From NCBI RefSeq assembly GCF_963506605.1, contig NC_083277.1:9300001-9364000 (forward strand): a stretch of 64,000 nucleotides of DNA, read 5' to 3'. A model generated the notes under the pieces. The model was not told where the DNA came from and did no database searches. It saw only the letters and a list, made by a program, of their open reading frames with translations. Shown in pieces: positions 1-9,356 of the stretch (position 1 is the stretch's first letter; the number at the start of each line of letters is the position of its first letter). The translations under genes and the position numbers were made by a program. The DNA is from Zootoca vivipara. Its lineage: Eukaryota.

Positions 1-1330
1 CGAGAGCGGTCAGCGGTAGGCCCCACGTGCTGCTGCGCCGAGCCCCTGAGCACGTGCAGAGTGCAGATCGTAGCACCACCCACCTCTCCCCGGGAAGCAG
101 GCACAACCTAACTTCAACTCCCCCCCCCAAAAAAAAAACAGGGAAAAGAAAAGGTGGCTGCGGGCGGAGGCGCAAGGAGAAGAGAACATCCAAATATGAG
201 GCGAGTTGTTATTATTGTTGTTATTATTCTTATTATTATTATTAAAAAATGCTTTAGAGCATGTGCAAAAAGTCTTCCCTTGCCCGCCCCCGTACCCCAA
301 CCTACGGAAACGGATGGCGAAGCGCAGCCAAGCTCGTCTGAAGGCGCCGAGAAGTCCGTCCGGCAGGCGGAGGGTGATGCAACAGGGAAGGCCAGGCTCC
401 TTCTGAGCATGTGCAAAGCGCGCCCCGCTACCCTTTCCTGCAAGGATCGCCCACCCACCAGCCCGCCCACACCCACCTAGGACTTGGGGCGGGGGAAGGC
501 GGAAATCGTTTAAGAGAATGCCTCTGAGCATGTGCAAAGTGCACCCCTCTCTTCTTCCCCCGCCCGCAGGTTAAAAGATCCTTTCTTGTGAAGGAAAGCG
601 GGAGGAAAATCAATAATATAAATATACTACTAATACTGCAAATCTGTCGGAACAGCTCCAGCGGAGCCCAGCCTCTCTAATTCCCGAGTCTTTGGGAGGA
701 ACGTCTGCATTGCTAACTTAAACCGGTTAGCAACCCACTCGCTTCCCCTCCCGCGGAACCCTGGGAGTTGTAGGGCGGTAGACCCGGAGCGGCCATTCAC
801 CGCGCGGCCTCCGGGACTACAACTCCCAGGGTTCCTTGCGAGGCGATGGACGCGGCGAGCTTTGCAAGAGGTTCGGAGCAGAAGCGCCTGGAGCAGAGAC
901 CAGTCTTGCAGGGAATAACGAGTCAGTCAGTGGGGGATAAACCTTCAAAGCAGGGGGCTTTTGTTTTCATTTATAGTTTCTTTACTTCTTGCCCTTCTCC
1001 TTGCCCCGCTTCTGGAGTTTGATTTCTTTTCAGGAAACCGGTTTGAAACCGGGTTAAAGGGGCGCCGTGTACACTCGGGTTCGCGTCGCTTAAGGAAAGG
1101 AGACTTCTTTCCCCGCTGCCTGTCTCCCGCGCCCCTCGGGGTCCAGGGATCTAGGACGGACGGAGGCGCGGGCTGAGCTCACCGTTCACACGGGCAGTGC
1201 CCGGGGACAAAACCCGGCGCGGCTGCCCGCTTTTGCGAAGCGGAGCAATAAGGAGAGGAATCCGTGGCTTCTGCTTCCGCTCCGCTAGGACTAGCCAGGG
1301 TCCTCCTGTGGCCACGAAGGGCTCATCATC
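1..1330 (+). promoter_or_regulatory. CpG-rich promoter-like region upstream of the SCAN-KRAB-ZNF gene
   Basis: High GC/CpG. GC box GGGGCGGGG at ~486. Four GAGCA(T/C)GTGCA motifs (48, 257, 405, 526). Inverted pair of CTACAACTCCCAG (ZNF143/THAP11-type) motifs at 755-773 and 817-835. Confidence 0.5.
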
Positions 1331-1537
1331 ATCATCGAATTTGTATACCGCCCTTCATCCATGGAACTCAGGGGGTTCACAACATGAAATTACAATACAA
1401 AAAAACCCCTCGCAAAATACATAATAAACGTAAGAACAAAAGCAAACCAATAATCCCAATCCCATTACCCATTTAAGGGCATTGGATGTCAATCAGCCAA
1501 AGGCCTAGAAGAAAAGGAATACTTTCTCCTGGTGTAG

Positions 1538-1794
1538 ATCGTGAAGCTGAGGCTCCAATACTTTGGCCACCTCATGAGAAGAGAAGAATCCTTGGAAAAG
1601 ACCTTGATGCTGGGAAAGATGGAGGGCACAAGGAGAAGGGGACGACAGAGGACAAGATGGTTGGACAGTGTTCTCGAAGCTACGAACATGAGTTTGACCA
1701 AACTGCGGGAGGCAGTGCAAGACAGGAGTGCCTGGCGTGCTATGGTCCATGGGGTCACGAAGAGTCGGACACGACTAAACGACTAAACAACAAC
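1538..1794 (+). mobile_element. BovB/RTE LINE 3' end (5'-truncated)
   Basis: Encodes LQYFGHLMRREESLEKTLMLGK...SRTRLND and ends in a (CAA)n tail; near-identical to the 3' end of the copy at 53795-54487. Confidence 0.9.
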
Positions 1795-2007
1795 ATGTTG
1801 AGCACAAGAATTAAGAGCAAAGCAAATAAAGAGTTGCCAAGTTTTTCTTTGGAGGGGGGCTCCTCTGCCTTTTGCAGCCATGTGACAGGCAGAAGTTACT
1901 ACTATTATTTATCGCTTCTTTATGCTGTGAACAACAACAACAACAATTTATTATTTATACCCCGCCTATCTGGCTGGGCTTCCCCAGCCACTCTGGGCGG
2001 CTTCCAA

Positions 2008-2296
2008 CACCAGAGCCTGCAATAAACCCAGATGCCAACTTTGCTGCCACATGCACTCGGACAACACCATTACTGGCCCCAACAACATCAAACATACCAT
2101 CTCAGGACTATCTAATTGCTCGTCTTCTAACATTGTGTATGCCATCAAATGCCAACAGTGCCCTTCAGCTCTCTATATTGGACAAACAGGCCAAACCCTA
2201 CGCCAAAGGATAAATGGACATAAATCTGACATCAGGAATCACAAGACAGAGAAACCAGTAGGAGAACACTTCAATCTCCCAGGACATTATATAATA

Positions 2297-2335
<39 letters not shown>

Positions 2336-2826
2336 ACCCCGCTCATCTCTATACAAGATCTCAAAGTAGCTGTCTTATTACAAAAGAATTTCAGAAATAG
2401 ACTGGAAAGAGAAGTTGCTGAACTGCAACTCATTACCAAACTTGGAACCATGGAGAGACCTGGCCTGAACAAAGACATTGGATTCCTATCTCATTATACA
2501 GTACAGTACATGATAAAGCTATCTTTAGCCATCTCACCCCTTGCTTTTTCCTGTAAGACAAATTGCAGCCGTTAACAGTCATCAACGAGTTTCCACACCT
2601 ATCAGAAAAAACACCCATTCCCACCACCCTCCTGAGAATAATCCCACCCCACCCTCCCACTATATATAAGGGTCTGGTGACTTCTGTTTCAGTGTATCTG
2701 AAGAAGTGTGCATGCACACAAAATCTCATACCAATGACAAACATAGTTGGTCTCTAAGGTGCTATTGGAAGGATTTTTTAAATTTTGTTTCGACTATGTC
2801 AGACCAACACGGCTACCTACCTGTAA
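2008..2826 (+). mobile_element. Penelope-like retroelement 3' fragment (GIY-YIG endonuclease plus pLTR)
   Basis: NIVYAIKCQQCPSALYIGQTG is a GIY-YIG motif; near-identical to 52288-52722; carries a 60-bp insertion and a mutated hammerhead motif at ~2694-2731. Confidence 0.9.
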
Positions 2827-2924
2827 ATGGTTTGCCAACTTCCACCCCTGCCTCTGCTCCTGTGCTCTTTGCAGCAGACTGACACAAATAAATGAAGCCG
2901 GGGGATGGGGAGGAGGATATTTCC

Positions 2925-3015
2925 CATAGCTGTCAAGTTCTCCCTTTTCTCGCGAGGAAGCCTATTCAGCATAAGGGAATTTCCCTTAAAAAAAGGGGAG
3001 AACTTGACAGCTATG
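2925..3015. repeat. Small MITE-like inverted repeat
   Basis: 20-bp perfect inverted repeat CATAGCTGTCAAGTTCTCCC (2925-2944 / 2996-3015); no clear TSD. Confidence 0.55.
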
Positions 3016-3287
3016 CCTCCATCCTTTTTTTTTCTCTTCGTGTCCGGAAAAATTGTGGGAAGTGAGTGGCAGAGTAGAGGGAGAAATGCAGGGTCTGATA
3101 GGACCTTTCGTTGCTCCCCTCGCGCGGCCGCTGTTTCCGGGGGGTTTGTTTTTCCTGAAACACTCGAAAGGGTTAAACTCGGGATCTTCCAGGGAGCAAT
3201 GCAGAAACGTGAAAAGCGGGTGGGGGTGTCAGTGGGGACCCCCGTCCCCTCCCAAAAGAAACCCCACTTCCTCTTCTTCCCTTGCAG

Positions 3288-3318
3288 GGATTTTTGCTTT
3301 TGAATGGCTGCGGGAGAG
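3288..3318 (+). other. Candidate 5'UTR exon of the SCAN-KRAB-ZNF gene
   Basis: Pyrimidine tract plus TTGCAG acceptor and GAG|GTAAGT donor. Confidence 0.45.
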
Positions 3319-3359
3319 GTAAGTCTTTTTTAATATATCTATCTATCTATATATACGGG

Positions 3360-3583
3360 TTACAGGTAGGTAGCCGTGTTGGTCTGGATCGAAGTAAAAT
3401 AAAAAAATTCCTTCAGTAGCACCTTAAAGACCAACTAAGTTTTTATTTTGGTATGAGCTTTCGTGTGCATGCACACTTCTTCAGATATGAAGAAGTATCT
3501 GAAGAAGTGTGCATGCACACGAAAGCTCATACCAAAATAAAAACTTAGTTGGTCTTTAAGGTGCTACTGAAGGAATTTTTTTA
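3360..3583. mobile_element. Inverted Penelope pLTR pair (hairpin)
   Basis: ~88-bp perfect inverted arms (3400-3487 / 3496-3583) matching the Penelope 3' end, inserted in a (TA)-rich tract. Confidence 0.85.
3495..3532 (+). ncRNA. Minimal type-I hammerhead ribozyme motif (Penelope-associated)
   Basis: GUAU-CUGAAGA-A-GUGUG(CAUG)CACAC-GAAA-GC-UC-AUAC; antisense copy at 3451-3487. Confidence 0.75.
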
Positions 3584-4069
3584 TCTATATATATATATAT
3601 ATTCCCTCCCCAAAAAAGGTCTTTGTGCAAAAGAAAGATGGAGATCCAGGAAATGGAGACATCAGAGGAGGGTGAGCGGCAAAAAGCTGCATCCCACCAC
3701 GACACCCCCCCCAAGAAAAAAATCAGTGAGGGGGGGGGGTGTCCAGGTCTCTGACTGCATGGGGGTCCCCTTCCTTGGAAGGAGGGCAGATAATCTGGGA
3801 CCTTACAGGAACAATATCCTGAAAGATCGGAGAAGTGTTGCTTCCAGGCAGATTTCAGCAAGCCACACGTTTTATGGGAACGTGGAAATCTGCCTCATAT
3901 AGAGTCATAGGATCGCAGAGGCGCAGGGGGTGTGCTGAATTTTGGCCTCCCAAAGAGTGCTGTTGAAATTTGAAGGGCCAACGTCCGCCTCTGCCTAGGA
4001 AACCAAGCTGTTGCTGCTGTTATCTTTATTTTTTACTACTGTTGCTATTATTATTTTTTAAAAAATATA

Positions 4070-4434
4070 CAGGTGAAACTCAGAAAATTAGAATATCGTT
4101 GAAAAGTGCATTTATTTCAGTAATGCAACTTGTTCTTTTTTATTTTTCTTTTAATTTTTAAAAATGCTTTCTTTTGGAAATTCCACAGTAATAAAAGAAA
4201 TAGTTACAATAATACAAAGATAAACATAACTTATTACATGTCATTAATTACATTCCATTTATAATTGACCCACCTAACGACAAATAATTACAATTACTGC
4301 ACAACAAATAAAGGCTTGACATATCTTGCTTTGCATGTCATGCATCTATCTCATATATTGGTTTCACCTTTTAAGTTGCGTTACTGAAATAAATGCACTT
4401 TTCGACGATATTCTAATTTTCCGAGTTTCACCTG
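4070..4434. mobile_element. Tc1/mariner-type MITE
   Basis: ~62-bp TIRs beginning CAGGTGAAACTC, preceded by TA. Confidence 0.75.
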
Positions 4435-4945
4435 CATAGCGCCCTTCAGCTGCAGATCTCACAACATAAAAATACAATATAACAGCACAAAATAACCAAT
4501 AAAAACTAGAACTCCCCCCCCCAAACCAATGCCTCCCCTCTCCCCACCCCTCCCTCAAAAACATTTAAAAGGGGTATAAGATGCAGGTTGTCATTATTAG
4601 CTTGGATAACACTAATGCTGGAGGTATGAGGGGGACACAAACGTCGTTCTTTGAACTTCCTTAACTCATCTCGAATCCAAGCAATCCTCGCCATATAATA
4701 TAAATAAATAAGATTGCCGTGTAGGAAGGTGCAGTTGTGTATGTGTCACTTTTCTTTTTTCTTGTAGGAAGAGTTTCCCTATCGTGCAAACCAGGGCACC
4801 ACCCAGGGCTGTGATCAGGACACAGCTGCCTGTGATCCCCAAGCCCGGCCCATCCTGTCTACAAAACCAGAGGGTCAAGTCAATCGGCTTAGACCAGGGA
4901 TCACCCCCACTTGGGTGGTCACCTCTGCTTGGTCTGGAGCAGAAA

Positions 4946-5611
4946 ATGGAGCAACCAAACTCTGCAAGTCCAGAACTAGAAGGGAGACCGGAAGCAGGAG
5001 GGGACCCACCCGAAGGCATGAAGGGGAATCCGGAGTGGTCAGGAGAAGAAGCGTGGAAGGGGTTGCACCGTCCTGAGGAGTTCTTGAGGGCGTGGGGGAA
5101 CCCAGTTCCTCTGGAAGACACACAACGGGACAACGTCCGAGCTTTCCTCTCCTCTTTTGAGCAAATCGCCGAAGCCTGCCAATGGCCCAGAGGAGAATGG
5201 GTGGGCCGGCTCCGGCCTGCGCTGAGCAGCTCTGCTGAACAGGCTTTGGGTAGACTGGAAGCCGCTGACAGGGAGGATTATGGGAAAGTGAAGGCCGCTG
5301 TCTTGCGGGAGGATGCTGTGAGGATGGAGGCGCAGCGCCGGGACTTCAGGCAGTTCTGCTACCAGAAGGCCGGAGACCCGCAGAGGGTTTATAGGCAGCT
5401 GCGGGAGCTGTGCCACCGGTGGCTGAAGCCGAAGAGACGCACCAAGGAGCAGATCGTGGACCTGCTGATCCTGGAGCAGTACCTGGCCATCCTTCCTCCT
5501 GAGCTGCAAAGCTGGGTCAGGGAAGAGGGGCCAGAGAGCTGCGCCCAAGCCGTGGCCCTGGCAGAGGATTTCCTGACCAGCCGTCGGAAAGCTGAGACGT
5601 GGAAGTGGCAG
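4946..5611 (+). CDS. SCAN-KRAB C2H2 zinc-finger (ZKSCAN-like) gene, coding exon 1 with SCAN domain
   Basis: [80 protein letters not shown] is a SCAN domain. Acceptor at 4767, ATG at 4946, donor CAG|GTCAGA (phase 0). Confidence 0.9.
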
Positions 5612-5740
5612 GTCAGAGCACTTAATCCAATTTCCCCAGGGACTTCCAGATTGGTTTGTTGCCATGTGCTTGTGCGTGGGGCTGCTCTTGGAGACGACTA
5701 GCAGCCAGATCTCTGGGTAGGGTTGCCACTGGTACTCATA

Positions 5741-6259
5741 AAGGTAAAGGCAAAGGGACCCCTGACCATTAGGTCCAGGCAGCGGCGTAGCGTGGGTTGT
5801 CAGCACCTGGGGCAAGGCAAGTAATTTGCGCCTCCTAACTTGCCTTAATTTGCCCCCTGCGCCGGACCAAGGAAGGGGGCTCGCCACTGCCGCCACGGAG
5901 CGCCTCTAGCCAGGCGCCTTCACCTTCCTTTGCTGAGCGAGTCTCCCGGGAGGGGGCGCCACAGCCAGAGGAGAGCGAACGGTTCCTTTGCCGAAGGGGA
6001 ATCCGGCAGCAGTCGAGACAGACGAAGCCCTCACGCCGCGGAGAGGCACTGGGGGCCGCTGGGACGCTCGAGGGCGCAAGGCGAGGCCGGGTGGCCCGAC
6101 CTCCTGAGGAGCACCGAGTGTCCCCCCCCTCACTGCCCGGGGGTTGGCGGGGCGCACGTGTGCCTGTTTGTGTGCACCGAGGCGGGGGAAGCGCAGGAGA
6201 GGAGAGGAGCAACGACCAGGCAGACAGAGCTTCCACCCCGCCGCCAGCGCGCGCGCGCC

Positions 6260-6300
<41 letters not shown>

Positions 6301-6839
6301 GGGGGTGGGGGTGGCTCTCGCTTCGTTTGCCTCCACCGTCTCCAAAATGCCGAAATGTCCCTCCGAGACAATCCGAGATCAGGACGCGTCGTGTTTTGTG
6401 TGAGTGTGAGTGTGGGGGGTGTGTGTGCCAGGCAGAGGCAGAGAGCTGCGAGTGCGAGCGCGCCCACCCCAAACTTGCGCCCGGTGCGAATGGCCCCCCC
6501 AGCACCCCCCACGCTACGCCACTGGGTCCAGGCGCAGACGACTCTGGGGTTGCGACACTCATCTCACTTTATTGGCTGAGGGAGCCGGCATATAGCTTCC
6601 AGGTCATGTGGCCAGCATGACTACGCCACTTCTGGCAGACCAGAGCAGTGCACGGAAATGCCATTTACCTTCCTGCTGGAGCAGTACCTATTTGTCTACT
6701 TGCACTTTGACGTGCTTTCGAACTGCTAGGTTGGCAGCCGCTGGGACCGAGCAATGGGAGCTCACCCCTTCGAACCGCCGACCTTCTGATCAGCAGTCCC
6801 TAGGCTCTGTGGTTTAACCCACAGTGCCACCCGCGTCCC
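5741..6839 (-). mobile_element. Sauria SINE, interrupted by a hAT element
   Basis: AAGGTAAAGG tail and SINE body homologous to 26457-26824; 12-bp TSD CTGGTACTCATA (5729-5740 / 6840-6851). Confidence 0.85.
5780..6524. mobile_element. Non-autonomous hAT element with CpG-rich cargo
   Basis: TIRs CAG(C/T)GGCGTAGCGTGGG (16/17 match); perfect 8-bp TSD GGTCCAGG (5772-5779 / 6525-6532). Confidence 0.88.
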
Positions 6840-6927
6840 CTGGTACTCATAGAACTCCTAAAACAGCTGCATTGGCTGCCAGGTTGTTTCTGGGCTTAAT
6901 TTGAGGTGTTCATGCCAGTGTTTAAAG

Positions 6928-7299
6928 CAGTGCTTCCCAAAGTGGGCATTGCATGGGGGCGGGCGCTAAGAGGCAAGGGGGAACTGGTAATGGAAATGAC
7001 TCCCAGACTTGGAAAAGCTGGCATCACTGGAACAAGTTCATCAGTTTTGTTGCACTCATTAAACTAAAATAGTTTCAATTGGATGCTGAATAAATGTGCA
7101 ATTAATCTGAATGTTTTCAATTTTATCATGCTGTTACCTTCCATAGTGGGCTGTGCAAACCACTGTTCTGAATAATGCTTTTTATAGGGTAGGGTAGGGT
7201 AGGGTAGGGTAGGGTAGGGTAGGGTAGGGTAGGGTGTGCAGGGGTTGCATTTATAGAACCAAAAGGGGCGATGGCCCCCCAAAAGTTTGAGAGCCACTG
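6928..7299. mobile_element. Degenerate hAT-like element containing (TAGGG)n
   Basis: Imperfect termini CAGTGCTTCCCAAAGT / AAAGTTTGAGAGCCACTG; no TSD found; TAGGG repeat at ~7185-7235. Confidence 0.4.
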
Positions 7300-7481
7300 G
7301 AAATATGTGGGCTGCAGGAATCTGCCAAGGGAACCATCATCATTATTAACATTGATTCATTAATTGCCTCACTAAACCACCGTTTCTTGGCAATTCACAT
7401 GCAATTGAAAACAGTTTTAAATCACAAGAACAGAAAATACATTAAAAGCCATACCAAATGGTACCTTGTGGTAAAAAGCTA

Positions 7482-7724
7482 CAGTGGTACCTCTACTTAC
7501 GAATAACTCTACTTACGAATGTTTCTACTTACGAACGGAGCTCCGTCCGTCATCTTGGATGCGGTTTAGATAGGATTTTTTCTACTTACGAATTTTTAGA
7601 TAGGGTTGCTTCGACTTACGATTTTTTTCTTCCAATGCATTCCTATGGGATTCGACTTACAATTTTTTTCTACTTACAAATGTGCTTTCGGAACGCATTA
7701 AATTCGTAAGTAGAGGTACCACTG
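7482..7724. mobile_element. Tigger/pogo-type MITE
   Basis: TIRs CAGTGGTACCTCTACTTACGAAT flanked by TA on both sides. Confidence 0.85.
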
Positions 7725-8137
7725 TATTTATCCAGCCTGTTGGAGTAAAAATGTCTCCAGAAAGTGCAGAGAGTGGGCGCCTTTCACATATTGACAGGAA
7801 CGATATTCCAGAGAAGAGGGGCAGCTACTCTCAAGGCCTTGCTCAGAGTCACTGTGCAAAAGGGCTTCTGAGATCTTGGGGATGTGGAGAAGAGACGCTC
7901 CCACAGACTGCAGGAACCTCAGGGTGTATAAGGCATAAGCCCTCTCTCAAGTCACCTGGTCTTGGGGTATTTGGGACCTGCCAAGCAGGTTGATCAGTGC
8001 TTTTGGCCGTTTGCCCCCACAAGCATGTCGACTTTCTGCACCGTCTTTTGCACAAGCCATTCCGCTAGGTAGGGGAACTTGGATGCGGCTGAGGGACTTT
8101 GGCTTAGGGCAGCTTTGAATTCCTCCCTGTGTTTCAG

Positions 8138-8261
8138 GTGCCATCGCAGGGGACAGCCACCAGGCCCCTTGAGACAGATGAGGCTTCGCCAGCCAACTCC
8201 CAGAGACAAAGTTACATGGACACCACAGCACTGAAATGCGACGGGGACATGGTTTTTCTGG
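8138..8261 (+). CDS. ZKSCAN-like gene, coding exon 2 (linker)
   Basis: TTTCAG acceptor, open 124 bp (VPSQG...DMVFL), GTAAGG donor; phase 0 to 1 fits the neighbouring exons. Confidence 0.7.
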
Positions 8262-8901
8262 GTAAGGCTTTATTTTTTTAATGTTTACCGGGTAAAACTC
8301 CAGCAAGCATAGGGAGGAGGTCTTCCAGAGAACCCTTAAGCAGGTTCAAGATTTTGGTGGATGCTCCAGGGTGAGGGAATGTCTTAACTGCAGATCAGAC
8401 ACCCAGAACACCTCCCTCTGTCCGTTGTTTCTGTCAACTTGGTACTTGAATGGGATGGGCAACCTGTTTTCCTGAGACTCTGAAGAGTCTCCCTTGTGTG
8501 GCGGAATGTTCTCCCCCTCTCTTCTCCCCAAATCTGTTCTGGGGTTTCCCCCTGACCTTCCCTAGCAGATCTGGTTGTGCGGGAAGGGGGCAAAGTCACA
8601 TTGTGCTAGTCCTAAACCTCGAGTTGGCATACGTTTCATTGAATGCCACCCAATATGTGTACCTGCTCCTGCTTGAAGCACCCCAGAACCCAGGAAATAA
8701 TTCCACAAAGGACATGGCTAACACCCAGTCTTGACTGGTGGCAACTCTCAGGGGGTCTTGCGGCCGAGGACTTTTGCCATCATCTGCTACCTACCTAGCT
8801 GCTTTTTAACTGAAGGTCACAGGGATGGAGAGTGGGATCTTCATGCAATGTGTTTGCCCTGTCCCTGAGCCAATCGCCTTCCTCTCTTCTGTCCCTCACA
8901 G

Positions 8902-8984
8902 CCAATGGAACGATGCCCCCAATTCACCCCTGTTCCTTGCTTCCTCCTGAGGGACTGGAAATGGCCGAAGCTGGGCTGACTGAG
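8902..8984 (+). CDS. ZKSCAN-like gene, coding exon 3
   Basis: CTCACAG acceptor, 83 bp open (ANGTMPP...AGLTE), GTAAGT donor; phase 1 to 0. Confidence 0.7.
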
Positions 8985-9356
8985 GTAAGTGGACACCTTG
9001 CTTAGCAGCAGGCCCGAGGTGTTCCCTTGAACAGGGCGAATGTAACGCCGAGCTAAGGATCAGAGCGCATCTGAGCACATGCAGAGTGCATTTTCTGCAT
9101 CACTGAGCAACTTCCCAGGCCTGTTTAATTTGTCTCAACCATTTCTATACAGCTTGATTGCCATTGTCTCTAAACAGTGCACAAGTATTCCATAAATGAA
9201 AAAGAGTGGAAAATATAAAATAAGCCTGCTAGGAGGAGGAGGAGGAGGAGGATGATGATGATGATGATAATGTCTTCAGTAAGTTCAACAGGGAGAGGGG
9301 CCTGTCTGACCGCAACCTGGAAGGGAGTTCCATAAAATTGGGGCCACAATTGAGTA

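Noticed and set aside
4784-4945. ORF-track start at 4784 and extension to 5701
   Set aside because: Non-ATG start; the first ATG is 4946 and the exon ends at donor 5611.
5835-6620. Overlapping 150-225 aa ORFs
   Set aside because: GC-rich, stop-poor sequence with microsatellites; no transposase or other domain recognised.
7185-7235. (TAGGG)n as interstitial telomere
   Set aside because: It is a pentamer, not TTAGGG; simple repeat.
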